A DNA stretch of 64,000 nucleotides, from contig QPMI01000160.1 in assembly GCA_004431415.1 (NCBI GenBank), forward strand, positions 101,297 to 165,296. The letters run 5' to 3'. This document shows positions 1-12,831 of the stretch, one piece after another (position 1 is the stretch's first letter; every line of letters begins with the position of its first letter). The notes under the pieces were generated by a model that was not told where the DNA came from, ran no database searches, and was given only the letters and a program-made list of their open reading frames with translations. Made by a program: the position numbers and the translations under genes. The stretch is from Cyanophora paradoxa CCMP329. Its lineage: Eukaryota; Plantae; Glaucophyta.

Positions 1-3000
1 AGTGTAGCTCCATCGGGGGCTGGTCCCGGGGCACCACTCGGCCGTGCGCGACCTGCACGACCTGGTCCGCCTGCAGCGCGGCCGAGTACACCCGAAAGTC
101 TGCGGCTCGCGCGTACGGCCGCGCGCACGCATGGTCAGTCCGAAGGTCAAAATGTTAAGCATTGTCCGCAATTCCCGAGTTTCCGCCGTTTCACAAATCA
201 CAGCGCACCCGCTAACTCGAGGCCGGACAAGCTGGTCCCGGACCACCACCCGTGGCCAATGTAGTGCGCCGATCTGGCGACCTTCGGAAGGCTTCCCGAT
301 CCCGCTGCAAGGGCAACGCAGGGGTAAGGGGCGCCGTCTCGGTAGGCGCAGAGTTGGTCCGCCGTGAGAACGAGCGCGACGTGGTGCCATGAGCCGTTCA
401 CGGGAAAGGCGGCGTCCCCCAGAAACAGCTTCATCCTCAGCTTTCGCTGCGTTGCATCGTACGTTTCAATGAAGAGCGACTCGGCACCGGCTCCTGTCCA
501 TTGCTGCACAGGGCGGAGATTCGCATCGAGGCCTCGCAAGAAAGCGCTTACTATTGCATTAATATTCCTTAGATAGACGCACCTCGCAGTCTGTGCAGAA
601 CCCGACAACCTACCGCAGCGCGTCATGATCAACGTTGGCGTCAGGGCAAGAGACGCGCGGCCGTGTCGGCTTCGGCGCACGATGTTGTGCGAAGGGCTTC
701 CGCTGCCGAAGTCGAAGAGGATCGGCAGGCCGCTGTGGCTCGTCTGGGCGGCCTCCAGGCGGAGCCTGCGCGCGCACAGCAAATGTCGCGAATCCGATAA
801 CAGGCCCGAGGCGGCGCGCGTTTTCCGTCGAACCAGAACGCGAAGGTCAGAGGCGTCCCCAGCTCAAACGAGCCGATGGAACCGATCTTGAGAAGGCGCT
901 CGGACTGCTGGGCTATCCGGTTCGGAAGGGTGGCAGTTCCGAATACAAGCGCTGTCGGGACATTAACCGTTCGAGCTTGCACAAGTCTTCGAAGAGCGCT
1001 CAGGAGGACGGTCTCTTTGAGCTTTTGGAAAGGGCGACACCAGAGAGGGCGGCATCTAGAAATGAAATGAAAGGCACTGGCAGATTGGCGCACATGACGT
1101 CGGAATTTTTAGCGATTGAGGGATGCACTCCCCTCCGCGCGAAAGCTGTTCGACGTCTCCGAAAAAGCTGTCGACCCGGATCCTCTGTTTTCCAGATAGG
1201 TCGCCCATCTGTTTCATTGTCATGATCAGCGCGCAAGCTTCATCAAGAGCACTGCATTCTGACCGTGCGGTTGCAACCGTCAAAGGCGGCGCGGACTTCG
1301 AGTGGCGTGCTGGCGACACCGTGCCTAAACACTTCCACCGCCTGCTCATTGGAAAGGGCGGCGCTGTACACCTGAAAGTCTGCGCAGGAATGCGCATATA
1401 TATGACATCGAAGCAGCTCGCGATCACAAGCGTCTTCGGAGCGGGAGCATCCGCACCGGCGAGGTAGACGTCGGACATGCCCTGCTCGCCCCGAACGCCC
1501 CTTGAAATGTAGTGCGCGTCTCGCACGATCCGAGCAAGGGGTGCGGCCCCGCCCGCTAGGCCCGTGCCCGTCTTCGAGTGCGGCCGAACGGCGCCATCTC
1601 TAGGGAGGAGAAAGACGTGAGTAAGAAAGTAGAGTTCGATATTGGAAGCCCGAGCGCACAGGTAGGTCAAGTTCTCAGTCGCAGAGAAGACAAGGGTAAC
1701 GTGCGAGTACTGTTCGATCTGGAGTTTGCTTCAAGTAAGGTAATGCGAATTTTTACGAATTATTTGCTGATCATGACTGCTTATATAGTTATAAGAGAGC
1801 GCAATCGACAGCGAGCTCGCAAGGTATATCCGCTCCTGAAACAAAATCATTCACCGGCAGGCTGTTGGCACCCCCAAAGGCTTCGAAGCTTGTGACCGCT
1901 GTCCCGCCATCATACGCTACAACAACGAGGCTCATCTTGCCCGCGGAGGCCTGCCGGTCCATTAGCCAACGAGTGCGCTTGCCGCTTTGATGCCAATCGA
2001 ATGGCGAACCGAGCCCGTGATCTGCGAGTTCGTGGTCGGATCGGAAACAACCGCCCCCGGTGGAAGAAATCCGACGGCGATTTTGCTCTGGTCGGCCTCG
2101 CTCCCAAATTCGAAGATGCGCCTGTCCACCGAAAGAACGTCAGATCTCGATGCCTTTGCAGTGGACAAAGTAGAAGGAAAGACTGACGCCCAGACTGCTT
2201 GTTGTTTGCGCGGTTTGATCCAGAAGCTGACTGTAAACGAGACGGCGCGCCGAGCACAAACAGGGTGAGAAGACGAGATTCGAGAAGTTGAACGGATTCA
2301 CAAAGAGTGAAGAGAAGAGCCTGTACATACCCGAAAAGGGGGTGCCCAGAATAAACGGGGTGATGGAGACGTAATCACTCCACCCGTTTCCCCAGAAAAA
2401 CAATGACGATTCTGCGGAAGGCATCACAGTGAGTCACGGGGCCTTTGGGGCGGCGGAACGTCGACGAATAAAAGCAGGGGGCACGGCGCACGCGGCACGG
2501 CGGGGGGGCAGGTTTGCGGCAGCGAGGTATCGCCGTACAGGGTCGCGTGGCGCCTGTACCCGCTCGCGTCCAGTGCCTACAAAATGAGAGGATAGTGTCC
2601 GGTGTTTAATTTCGAGGGATAAATGCTCAAAGCTTAAGCAGAACGCAGCCGCGGACCAATGGGGCACAGCCATCGAACAAGAGCCGCTGTTCGAGCGGCG
2701 CAGCAGGCAAGCCGCCCGCGTACACTTCGGACACTTGCGCCTCCGACAGCGCGGAAGAATAGATCCTCCAGTCTGTAGAGAGCTTAATGAGGAAAGGGGG
2801 GGGCAGGGAGGGGGGCAGGGGGAATGCGAAAGGCTAGGGGGAGAAGGGGCTACCCGAGAAACCAATCTCAGTGGAGCCCCGAGTTCCGAACCGTCCGTGG
2901 CCAAGCCAGTGCTTTGCGCGTTGCAGCTTGGGGAACGCGGAGGCGGCGAGGGAATCTGAAACGGGCGTCGTCTCCACTCCGTCCAAATATGCCACGACGA

Positions 3001-4380
3001 GGGTATCCGTCAATGTAATCGCAACATGGTGCCAGGTGCCAAACGGAATTCCCTCGGCGCCTTTTGATTATTAACAAAGCAAGCATCGCGATTAATTAAC
3101 GCCTACGTGACGACGCCAATATAAATGCGGGAATACTAATTGACGGACCCTGGAAAAGCCTGCGCGAGACCTTGAGCGACCCGTCGACGTAAAGGTCGAG
3201 AAGGAGGCCTGCCTTGCCCGGGTCCGCCTGTGCGCGAACGTGAAAGAAGGGGGTTAACGTTGTTTGTGATCAAGCATGCGGATTGTGCATTCACAGTCAT
3301 CGACTCGGCGATCGCGAGCCCTAGCTTGGCGAGAGCCGGACGGGCGCACCGTGCAGCGCTCCGTAGCGGAATGTCCTGTGCCGTCCGGGCAGTGCATGAT
3401 CAAGAAGGCGTCATCTGTTTTGGAAGGGTCAACAAAAAATGCTTCGGTCAGTCTTTTGGATTAATTCAAGCATCTGACCTGCTCCTGGTATCCCCGAGCT
3501 GAACTCAACAATCCGTACAAAAGCGGATCCGGATTGCGGACTCTGAATTAACATCCTGATTGCAGGGCCCGTCGAAGTCAGACGCATGCTTCGACCCGTC
3601 GACGTCAAGCTCGAGTCGAGGCGTGCTCAAGTCTAGCAGGGGAAGGGAGCAAGGGATGGGGGTGGGGTGTGTGTGTGAGTTGGGGGGAAGTGAGTTGGGG
3701 AAGAGGGGTGGGGGTGGGGGTGGTGTGTGTGTGTAAGTTGGGGGGGAGGGGGGGGGGGGGGGGAAGGTGGGAGCGCGGGGAGCGGGGAGGAAGCGGGGGG
3801 AAAAGGGAAGACAAAGGCAACGGGCATGCATATGGGGAAGGGAGGGGGAGGGGGGGGGGAAGGGGGAAGGGGGAAGGGGGAAGGGGGGCAAGGGGAGGAA
3901 GATGGGCGTCCTTGCACCAGAAAGTGACCGTGAACGGCGTGCCGAGCTGGAAAGGGGTCAATTCTACTCGATCGTTCAAGCCTCCGGTAGGGCCGATCCA
4001 TAATCCCGTATCAGGCCGAGTGCCTGCCGCGTCTGCCGCGGCCGGCAGGTACTTCATTAAGTGCGATCGCGAAGCACACACAGATCTAAACTTAATGAGC
4101 TGCATGCGCACCCGCAAACGTGCCGGGTCTTGCGAGGAAAGCGAGCATGAGGGCCAGCCCGATTGCAGCGATGCGATGTTGGCAAGGGGCGCGCGGCGGC
4201 GGTCGAGCGCGAGGCCGGCGCCTCGGCCTCGGCTGCAGCTGCTTCTTGTGCTTGATGACGACGCGCGGCTGGCCGTGGGATGAATCATAAGCGCTACAGC
4301 TGCAGCTAGATCTAGACCTACGTATACAGGGTTCCGGATCCCGCACACAGTGTTCCGAAAGAAGTCCAGCAGCCGCCATG
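1..4380 (-). CDS. Multi-exon secreted/surface protein with >=3 tandem LamG (concanavalin A-like lectin/glucanase) domains; 3' end lies beyond window start
   Basis: Three sets of LamG-type motifs in minus-strand exons. N-terminal strands: DRVELTPFQLGTPFTVTFW (~3910-3975), DYVSITPFILGTPFS (~2335-2380), FELGTPLTFAFW (~835-870). Core: WHHVAITL..AYLDG (~2980-3035), YSHVTLVF..RDG (~1590-1710), WHHVALVL..AYRDG (~333-390). C-terminal: VYSAALSNEQ (~1340-1370), DFRVYSAAL (~70-100). Hydrophobic signal-like stretch IAAIGLALMLAFLA (~4130-4175). Start codon uncertain. Confidence 0.8.
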
Positions 4381-5345
4381 ACATTCGAATTCAGCGAGGA
4401 TCGTTTGCAGCTGCAGCAGCCATATACGCATGCAGAGATCTGATCGGCCGGCCGGGGGCTGTTGTCGCGAACGGACCGCGCGGACTGCGCTTCGAATTCT
4501 ACCGCCCGCAGCTGCGCGGATATCGATGCGTGCACGTGACTGCGTTTCCGAGCGGACCGATCATGACCGCGGCCATATGCGTGGTCATGGGCCGCGGCCG
4601 GGTCCACGTGGATATGCGTGGACGCATGTCTGCGCAGTTGGCCGGGCTGCTGCATGCGCTCCGGATTCGAATTCGCGGCGCTGATTATGATGCTCTAGAT
4701 CTCAAGCTCGCTTCCAGAGTTCTCCGGGGCTCTATAGCTAGTGATCAAGTCGTCGCCGAACATCAACATCAGCTGCGCATGCCATGATGCCTGCAGCTGG
4801 CGGCCCTCGTACGCGTAGAATCAGGGTGATAGACACTGATAGTCCGCGGCCGCGGCCGACGCTCAAAGCTTACGTATACGGTCAGCCCGGGTCAGGGACT
4901 CATGATCAGGCTGCGTACCTCGGCTGCTGCACGATATCGATACTATTATACGCACTAGCTACTGCGGCATGGCGTCGCATGCCCTGACCGTGCCTGACGC
5001 ACCCGGTGACCGAGCCGCATGCGCGGCCGTGGGCCGAGGAATCCGAGTCACTGCAGGCTGCAGCTGGGGATCGCCTCACTGGATACTATGATATGCCGCA
5101 GCAGTGCCAGCTGCAGGCATGCGCATGCGCAGCTGAGCTAGCAGCAGCAGTGCAGCACTGCGGCAGGCTGTGCAGGGCCACTGCAGGCTAGCTCACAGTG
5201 CACTGCAGCTGCTCCGTCAATGGACCGTCGAGGTCCGTACCCCCCCTGGGCCCCCCAGTGACCGTCACGGCGTCGGACAGTCGACGTCGGATCCGGACGT
5301 CGCGATCGACGTCGATTTTGAGATCGATCGATACCGTGTAACACT

Positions 5346-5600
5346 TAATTAATTAATGCGCCAGAAATTAATGCGTTTTTGGACCCGACCCCGGCCCTAT
5401 TATATGGCTATTAATGCGGCACCGAATTAATGCGTTTTAAAGCTTTTTGGCTGCAGTAGAGGGGTACATACAGCAGTTTCTTAGCGTTTCGATATTAATG
5501 CGATCCCAAATTAATGCGTTTTGCCAGCGCAGCTAGCTTAGCCTAGCTAGCGAAAAACGCATTAATTAGGGGGCGCATATGCATGCATTATAATAAAGTG
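5346..5600. repeat. Cluster of ATTAATGCG motifs: three forward ATTAATGCG-spacer-AATTAATGCGTTTT doublets plus one inverted copy
   Basis: Doublets at ~5352-5380, ~5410-5438 and ~5494-5522; inverted AAAACGCATTAATT at ~5554-5567. Resembles transposon subterminal repeats. Confidence 0.7.
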
Positions 5601-5626
5601 CGAATGCGCGCATTACTGAAGTTTTT

Positions 5627-5886
5627 TTTTTTTTTGGTGAATTACCGGCCACAGTCTCTAGACACCAGCACTGCGGGGGCTGCCCAGGGGGCATAAAGAC
5701 AAAAAAGCAAAATAACTAAGACAAGAGCACGAAGAAAGATAAGACAAAGAGCCAAAATCGACAATAAAAAAGGAAAGACACAGAGCTCGAGACAGATCGA
5801 TAGCGAGAAGAGACGAAAGTGAAGTGTGGGCAGCCCCCGCAGTGCTGGTGTCTAGAGACTGTGGCCGGTAATTCACCAAAAAAAAA
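5627..5886. mobile_element. MITE-like foldback element with ~60-bp perfect terminal inverted repeats
   Basis: T9-GGTGAATTACCGGCCACAGTCTCTAGACACCAGCACTGCGGGGGCTGCCCA (5627-5686) is the reverse complement of 5827-5886; ~140-bp A-rich spacer; no coding capacity; no TSD identified. Confidence 0.6.
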
Positions 5887-6489
5887 GAAGTGTTATAATT
5901 ACACGCGTACTCTAATATTATATACGGTACCGGCATTGATTTCATACTATGATAATTATAGGGCAGGCTGTAGCCCCATAGCCCTCCTTTCCTGTAGCCC
6001 CATAATCCCCCTTGCAAAACATTTTTCTGTAGCCCCATTGCAGCTCATTCAAATGCAGCCTGATTGGCCAGCATCTCTGCTGGAGATTCAGTATACGTAC
6101 TAGTGGAGATTCACTGGAGAATGAACACGCACGTGCGTCACTTGGGGCGCACGGGCTCGAATCCGACAGATTCCGACTCAAGTTCGGCGTGCGCATCGCG
6201 CGCTCGCTCGCCTCGCCGCCGGCGCCCGCCTCCGACGCGCGCGACGCCGCCGCGCGCCGGCGCTGGCGCCCGCCTCCTCACGATCGCGAGTGCGCATGCC
6301 AAGCTTAAGTTAAGGGCCCCTGATTCCGATTGCAAGCGCTAGCGCGGAGATCAACCAAACCTACCATTTAGACAGAGCACAGCACTCGACGGTCCTCAGT
6401 GTTATCTAGTCGGAGAGATAAATTGGGCGATGTGAAACTCCTAGTAGTTGTTGTTGTGTGCTAATGCAAATCTCAACGGCTAGCGGAGA

Positions 6490-9400
6490 TCAAATCGAGC
6501 CGCCGAGGCCGGGGTGGGTACCGGAGTCCCCAAGGGCCGCCCGGGCGGCCTCCAGGGCCTCCTCGTGCGCGGCCAGCGCCTCCTCCGGCTGCGCAAATGT
6601 TCCCGTCAGGGGTACGCGCCTCTCGCTTCCGGGTCTTATGGTCGGGGGTACGCTCGCGATCACCTCTCCCAGGGCGGAGAGGGCGCTCGCGAGCGCCTCG
6701 AGGCTCTCGCGCCGCTCGGGGTACGCGCCTGCAGCTCCCAGGAGGCCGCGGGCGCCCTCCGCGGCGGCGCGGAAGCGGGCGACGGCCTCCTCCGTGCGGC
6801 CGGCGGCGCGGAGGGCGCGGCCCTGGGCGAAGAGGGCGGCGCAGTGCGGGCGGGAGGCGGGCCCTGGGCAGCGGCCGCAGAGCTCCGCTGCCTCTCCCGC
6901 CGCCTCCAGCGCGCCCGGCACGTCCCCCGCCTCCAGAAGGATCTGAGCGAAAGGAAGTGAGCGAAAGGGAGGCGAACATGGGGCAGGAGCTTCAGACTGG
7001 GACCGCGGGCTTGATTAAGTTGTTTACTAGAGGTCGGGGGCTTATACATATCATTAGGAGTAGTGGCGGCAAGGGAGCACGCCTCGGCGAGGGCGCGGAG
7101 GGCGCGGGAGACGCGCGGGTGCTCCCCCTCGAAGCGGCCCCGCGCGATCCCGAGCGCCCGCCGCTGCAGCCCCGCCGCCCTGCGCCCCAGGTGAGCCGGC
7201 TCAGAATCAGGTGAGCGGCGGGAGGACGGGGCGGCGGGCCTTTGGGGGTCGCCGCCGGCGCGGGCCCAGTGCGCCGCGAGCGCCTCCAGCGCCTCCCCCG
7301 CCTCCGCGCTCTCCGGCCCCGCCGCCCGCTCCCGCTGAGGCAGGGGTGGGGAGGAGGAGTGGCAGGGGGTACGGGCGCGCGCACCCGCTCGAGGGTCTCC
7401 TCGAGTAGGGCGAGGGCGCGGGGGCCTGCCCCGCCCCCGCGCAGGCGCGCGCCGCCTCGCAGCGGAGCTCCGCCGCCGGCTCCGCGTCCGCTCCAAAGGC
7501 CGCCTCCGCCACCGCCAGCGCCTCCGAGAAGAGCCGCGCCGCCTCCCCGCCCTCCCCGCGCGCCCCCCGAACCTAAAAATAGAGCTCGGACGGGGAGGGG
7601 AGAGAGTGAAAGGGGGGTACGGGGCCGCCCGCCCGCGCCCGCATTGGCTCGCCTCGCCGAGGGCGCGGAGGAGGGCGGCGCGGTCCGCGGGGTCCTCCTC
7701 CTCCCCCCCCCCCCCCCTCCCCGTCCCCGTCCCCGCCCCGGCCGCCTGCGGAGGAGGCTATGGAGCGCGCGGCCCGCTCGAGGCTGCCCTCTGCCTCCTC
7801 GAGCCGGTTCGCCCGCGCCTGCGAGCGCGCCGCCGAGACCAGCGCCCGCGCCACCTGCAAACAAATTGAAGGCGTTAGAAGGTGGCCAGTAGAAGCTGTA
7901 AGAGAAAAAGTAAAGGGCTTGAGCGTTGCGCGCCTCGGGGTGGTCGGGCCCGACGCCGGCCTCGAGGCCGGCCACGAGGCGCCCGTGGGCGGCCCCCGCG
8001 CCGGCGAGGTCCCCCGCCCCCTCCCGCACCCGCGCCAGCAGCCGCAGCGCCGCCGCCGTCCCGGGGTGCGCCGACCTAAAAATAGAATCAAAAGCTTAAG
8101 GGAGGAAGAAGGCGGGAACTCGAAAGGGCACCCGTGGCAGCGCTCGGCGGCGGCGGCGCCGCGCTCGGCGTGCTCGACGGCCGCCGCGAACTCGGCGCGC
8201 TCGGCGTGGAGCTCGGCCAGCTGCAGCAGCGCCCGCGCCAGCTGGCCCTCCTCCCGCCCCCCGCGCCCGGCGCCTCCAGAAGCCGCACCGCCTCCCGCGC
8301 GTGGCCGCGGGCCTCCCCCGCCCGCCCCACCCCGCGCAGCGCCCGCGCCAGCAGCCCGTGCGCCGCCGCCGCCTCCGCCGCCGCGCCGTGCCGCGCCGCC
8401 GCCTCCGCCGCCGCCAGCAGCGCCTCGCGTATGGACAGGGCGCGCCGGGCGGGCGCCAGCGCCGCCTCGGCCTCCCCCGCGGCGATGCGGGCCTCGGAGA
8501 GGCCGGCGAGGGCGCGGGCGAGGGCCGCGCTCCCGTCCCCGCGCGCCCGCTCCTGCAGCTCGGCGCTCCGCTCCGCCAGGCGCGCCGCGGCGCGCGCCTC
8601 GCGCAGCTCCAAAAGGACGGCGCCCGCCGCGTCGCAGTCGTCCGCCCGCGCCGCGCACTCGGCCCGCGACAGCCCCTCCGTCTCCCCGCCGGCGCCGGCG
8701 CCCGTACCCCCCTCCACGAAAGCCGCGAGGTACGCCGCGGCGGCCTCCCCCGGGGCCCGCCCCGTCCACCGCCACATCTCCGCCACCTGGGGGGGCCGGT
8801 TCAGGAAGGGGGGGGGGGAAGAAAGGGGGGTACAGGCGGGCCTCGCAGGGGCTCCACTCGGCGACGAGGGCGGCGAGGGCGCCGCGGGCCGTCTCCGCCA
8901 GTACCCCCGCCAGGGCCTCCCTCTCCCCCGCCTCCCGGTACTGAAAATGCGAGAGACGGTCAGGGCGGGGGGAAAGAAGAAGCGAAGAGCAGAGGGGGGG
9001 TACGTGGAATGGGAGCTCGTGGGCGCGGCGGCGGGAGCCGCGCGGCTCTGCGGCGAAGTGGGCCGCGAGGCGCCGGTGGGCGGCCGCCGCGGCCGGCGAG
9101 CCGGCCCCCAGCCCGTACGCCGCCACCACTGCCTGAGGAGGCGCCCTATGTAAATGGAAAGGAATAAAAAGCTAGAAAGGGCGGTCTGGCGGGCCTCGTG
9201 GAGGGCGCGGTGGGCGAAGACGAGGAGCGGGTCCCGCGGCAGAAGGGCGCACGAGAGCGCCGCGAACCACTCCGCCCACGCCAGCGGCGCCGCCGCCGAT
9301 TCCGATTCCGAGGCCGATCCCGAGGCCGGGGCCCCCGCCAGGTCCTTGGGGGAGGCTTCATCGTCTACCCCCGGGGCCGGGGCCGGGGCCGGGGCGGGGG

Positions 9401-12400
9401 CCGGGGCGGGGTCGGGGCAGCAGAGGGCGTGGAGCTCTGCTTCGGAGAGGCCGGCGCTGGCGAGGGCGAGGGCCTCCAGGGCCGCCCGCACCAGGCCCGG
9501 CCCGTACCGCCCGCCCCACCTGCCCAAGAAGAATAGGAAGAGGAGGGTCAGAGGGGTACGCGGGGGAAGACAGGAGGAGGGGCACCGGTCGATGACGAGG
9601 CGGTAGAGGGCCGCGACGTCGGGGCACTGCGGGCGCCGCAGTCTCACGAGTCGAAGCGTAGTCTTAAGAGCCGGGGTCTCTTAAGAGTCGTAGTCTTAAG
9701 AGTTGGAGCTTAGTCTTAGTCTTAATTAATTAAGTCTTAAGAGCCGGGGTCTCAAAGCGCGAGCTGGAGCGCGCACGGCGAGGCAGGCGGCGAGGCGGGG
9801 CCGCAGCGTCTCGAAGACGGCGTCCTCCTTCAGCTCCTCCAGCATCACTGCACAGGATCCGGAGGCGTGGGCGCAGGAGGCGCGGGCGCTCTTAGCATCG
9901 CCTTCTTGTCGAGGTTTCGGGGGCTTCTTAGCATCTTCTTATCATTTCGTTCTTAGCATCGTTCTTACCATCGTCTTAGCATTTCGTTCTTAGCGTCGTT
10001 CTTAGCATGTTCTGGGCGTTTCGGGGGGGCTTACGGGTCAGGAACAGGGGGTTGGAGCACTGGGGCGCCTCCCGCACGGCCCGCAGCAGGTCCTCGGGGA
10101 GGGTCTGGGAGGGGGTGGGAAGAAGTCAGCGGGGGGTACAGGGAGCAAAAGAAGAAGAAGAGGAAGAGGAAGAGGGACGGCGCCTTGCCGGCGGAGCGGA
10201 GGTCGGCGCGGGCGACGGCGACGACGTCGTCGGGGGGAAGGGGCTCCACGGCGAGGCCGGCGTGCGGGCGGCGCCGCGCCGCCTCCAGCGCCCGCCCCGG
10301 CGACGCGGCGACCACGATGCGGAGGCGCGGCAGGGCCCGCGCCGGCAGCCAGCGGAGGGGGCGGCCCCCGGACGCCCCTCCCTCGTCGACCTGCGGGGGT
10401 ACAGTGAATCCAGGGACGGGGCGCGCGGCAAAGGGTACCCCGGGCCGGACCTGGTCGAGGCCGTCGAGGAGGAGGAGGGCGGGGCGGGGCAGGGCGGCCC
10501 CGTTGAGCTCGAGCCACTCGGCGAAGGCGGCGCAGGCGGCGGGGGTCGTCGCCCCCTCCGCCGCCGCCCGTGCCGCCCCCTCCGGCTCGCTGGCGCCGGG
10601 GTACGCCTCCCTCAGCTCCTCGGCGAGGCGCCGGAGGAGGGGGCCCAGCGCCGGGCCCCGCTGGGAGCTTTCGGCGCAGTGGAGGACGACGAGGGCCCCC
10701 GGGTGCCGCCCCGCCCACTCCGCGCTCCAGTTCGCCAGCAGCGCTGCGCGTTCGCGAGCCAAAGAGATACGAGATGAGAGGGGCGGACGAGCAAGCGTAA
10801 GAGCTTAGAAAGCTGAGCTTATGTTGGCTTAGCAGCTGGAGCTGGGGAGGAGGGGCCGGGGCGGGAGCGGGGCGGGGCGGGGCGGAGAGCAGGGGGGAAC
10901 ACGCAATCTAAAGAGAAAGCGGGGCGGGGCGGGGCGGGGCGGGGCGGACCGCTCTTGCCGGAGCCGACGGGCCCGTGGACGACGAGTAGTTCGGGGCCCT
11001 CCGAGGCGGCGTACCCGTCCAGCGCGGCGAAGGCGGCGGGGCGCCGCCGGTAGAGCCGCCGCCGCGCCTCCGCAAAGGCCGAGGAGGCCGCCCTGAGATC
11101 AAATCTTAGACGAGATCCAAGACAAGATTTCGATTTTAAAAATTGTAATAGCTTAATGTAGCGAAATCTTAGACGAGATTACAGCTAAAAGAGCTAAAGG
11201 GTCTGAATAATTCCATAGATAAGAGCTTAAGAGCTGAAGGCGACGGCTCAGAGAGGCGGCGGGGGCGTGCGGACCGCTCGGCGTGGAGCCAGGACTCGGG
11301 GGGCCGGGGCGGGCGGTCGGCCCGGATCAGATTCGCGAGGTCCTCGTGGAGGGCCCTCGCGAGGCCCTCGGCGCTGGCGTAGGCCCCCCGGACGGAGGCG
11401 GGGTACCCCCTCCCCAGCTCCGCCTTCAACTCGGCCAGGCGGGCGCGCTCGTAGGCCGTCTCGGGGTCGGGCCCGGCGCGCTCCTGCGCCTCGGCGGCCT
11501 CGAGAAGGGCGTCGTCGGCCATGTAGAAGAGGCAGCGGCGGGCGGGGCCGTCGGAGTCGGAGTCGGGGTCGGGCCCCGGGCGGGAGAGCGCCGCGGCGAT
11601 CTCGAGGTGCGTGGCGGAGAGGTGCCGCCAGGCCGCCGCCTGGGGGAACTCCCTTTCGGCCCGGTCCAGGGACCTGCGCGAGGGACGGGAGGGAGGGTCA
11701 GGCGGGCTCGGGCCGGCGGGTCGGGTGATTCAGGCCAGGTGAGTCAGGCGAGCACCGCTGGAGGAGCGCGTCGGTGGGGGCCCCCGGGCCGCTGGCACCA
11801 CCCGTACCTCGCCTTCGCGGGGGAGGGGGTACGCCATCAGCGGTCCGGACGGGGTACGACGAGAAGAAAGGGGGGTACAGGCTTGAGCACCTTGAGGAAG
11901 GCGACGAAGTAGTGGGAGCGGTACACCTCGCGGAGGCAGAGGGCGAGCACCATACCCCTCCGCGCCTGCTCCTCCGTGATGCCCCTGGGGCGGGCGCGCG
12001 GGGGGGGGGGGGGGGGGGGGGGGGGGGGCGGTTCGGGGTATACAATAGGGCGGGAAAGAGGAGGGGGGTACCAACCAGCGGAGGTCGACGAAGACGAGGT
12101 GGAGGCCGCGGAGGGCGAGCTCCCGGCGCAGCCGCGGGGCGGCCCCCCGGAAGACCTGTGGCGGGGGACCTTGAGCCGAAGCCGGGGCCCGGGCTCTTGG
12201 CGGGGGCCTTGGGCCGGAGCCCGGGCCCAGGCTCCGCCAGCGCGCTAGGCTAAGCTAAGCTAAGCTTAGGCGAAGCTTTTTAAGATCCTTTAGTTTACGA
12301 TAAGCACAGATAGAGTGCGTAGCCCGAGATCCTTAAGCTTTAAAATGAGAAGATCAGTTAGCTGAGGAGGGCGCACGGCCTGGCGCTCGGGCCCCATGTC

Positions 12401-12831
12401 CCGGAATGTGCTGCTGAGGAAGACGCGCACGAGGCGCGAGGCGGGGCGGCCGTACGGCGCCCCCGGCCCCGCCGAGGGCGCCTTTTCCGGCCCGGCCCCC
12501 GCTGCCGAGGCGAGATTAGATCTCCTCGAAGTCGAGATTTGATCCCGCCGCTGCGCGGGCGCACCGGAGTCGGCGGCGTCGGAGAAGGCGACCGAAGCGC
12601 TGTCCGCGAAGGAGGCCGCCGGCAGCAGCTCGAGGTGCACTCCGCTCAGGTCTTGCGCCGACGGCGAGGGCGAGGGCGCCGGCGAGGGCGAGGGCGGAGC
12701 GAGGGAGCGGGCGCTCTCTGCGGCGCGGCCTGAGCGGTGCGCGCGGTCCGCGTGGGGCCTTAGCTACCGGTGGAGGATCGCGGCCTGGGTTGGAGGCCCC
12801 GCGCGCCTGCGTACGCGCACGTTGCCGTCAT
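6490..12831 (-). CDS. DUF4062 + NACHT/STAND P-loop NTPase + TPR-repeat protein (nephrocystin-3/TTC41/TEP1-like architecture), multi-exon
   Basis: RLVRVFLSSTFRDMGPER (~12385-12440) and ITEEQARRGMVLALCLREVYRSHYFVAFL (~11890-11980) match DUF4062. Walker A LLVVHGPVGSGKS (~10951-10989), Walker B ALLLLDGLDQ (~10451-10480), LRWLPARALPRLRIVVAAS, a winged-helix-like LSEAELHALC, then many Ala-rich TPR-like helices (GPDHPEA, ALSIRE) to a stop at 6490. The start (ATG 12831) is tentative. Confidence 0.85.

Noticed and set aside
4290-5345. Cloning-vector polylinker contamination
   Set aside because: Sites are redundant, extend over ~1 kb, and the same texture recurs in other intergenic regions and introns; no vector backbone is seen.
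6458-12253. Long Arg/Pro/Ala-rich plus-strand ORFs over the NACHT-TPR gene
   Set aside because: Shadow frames caused by extreme GC; conserved motifs are all on the minus strand.
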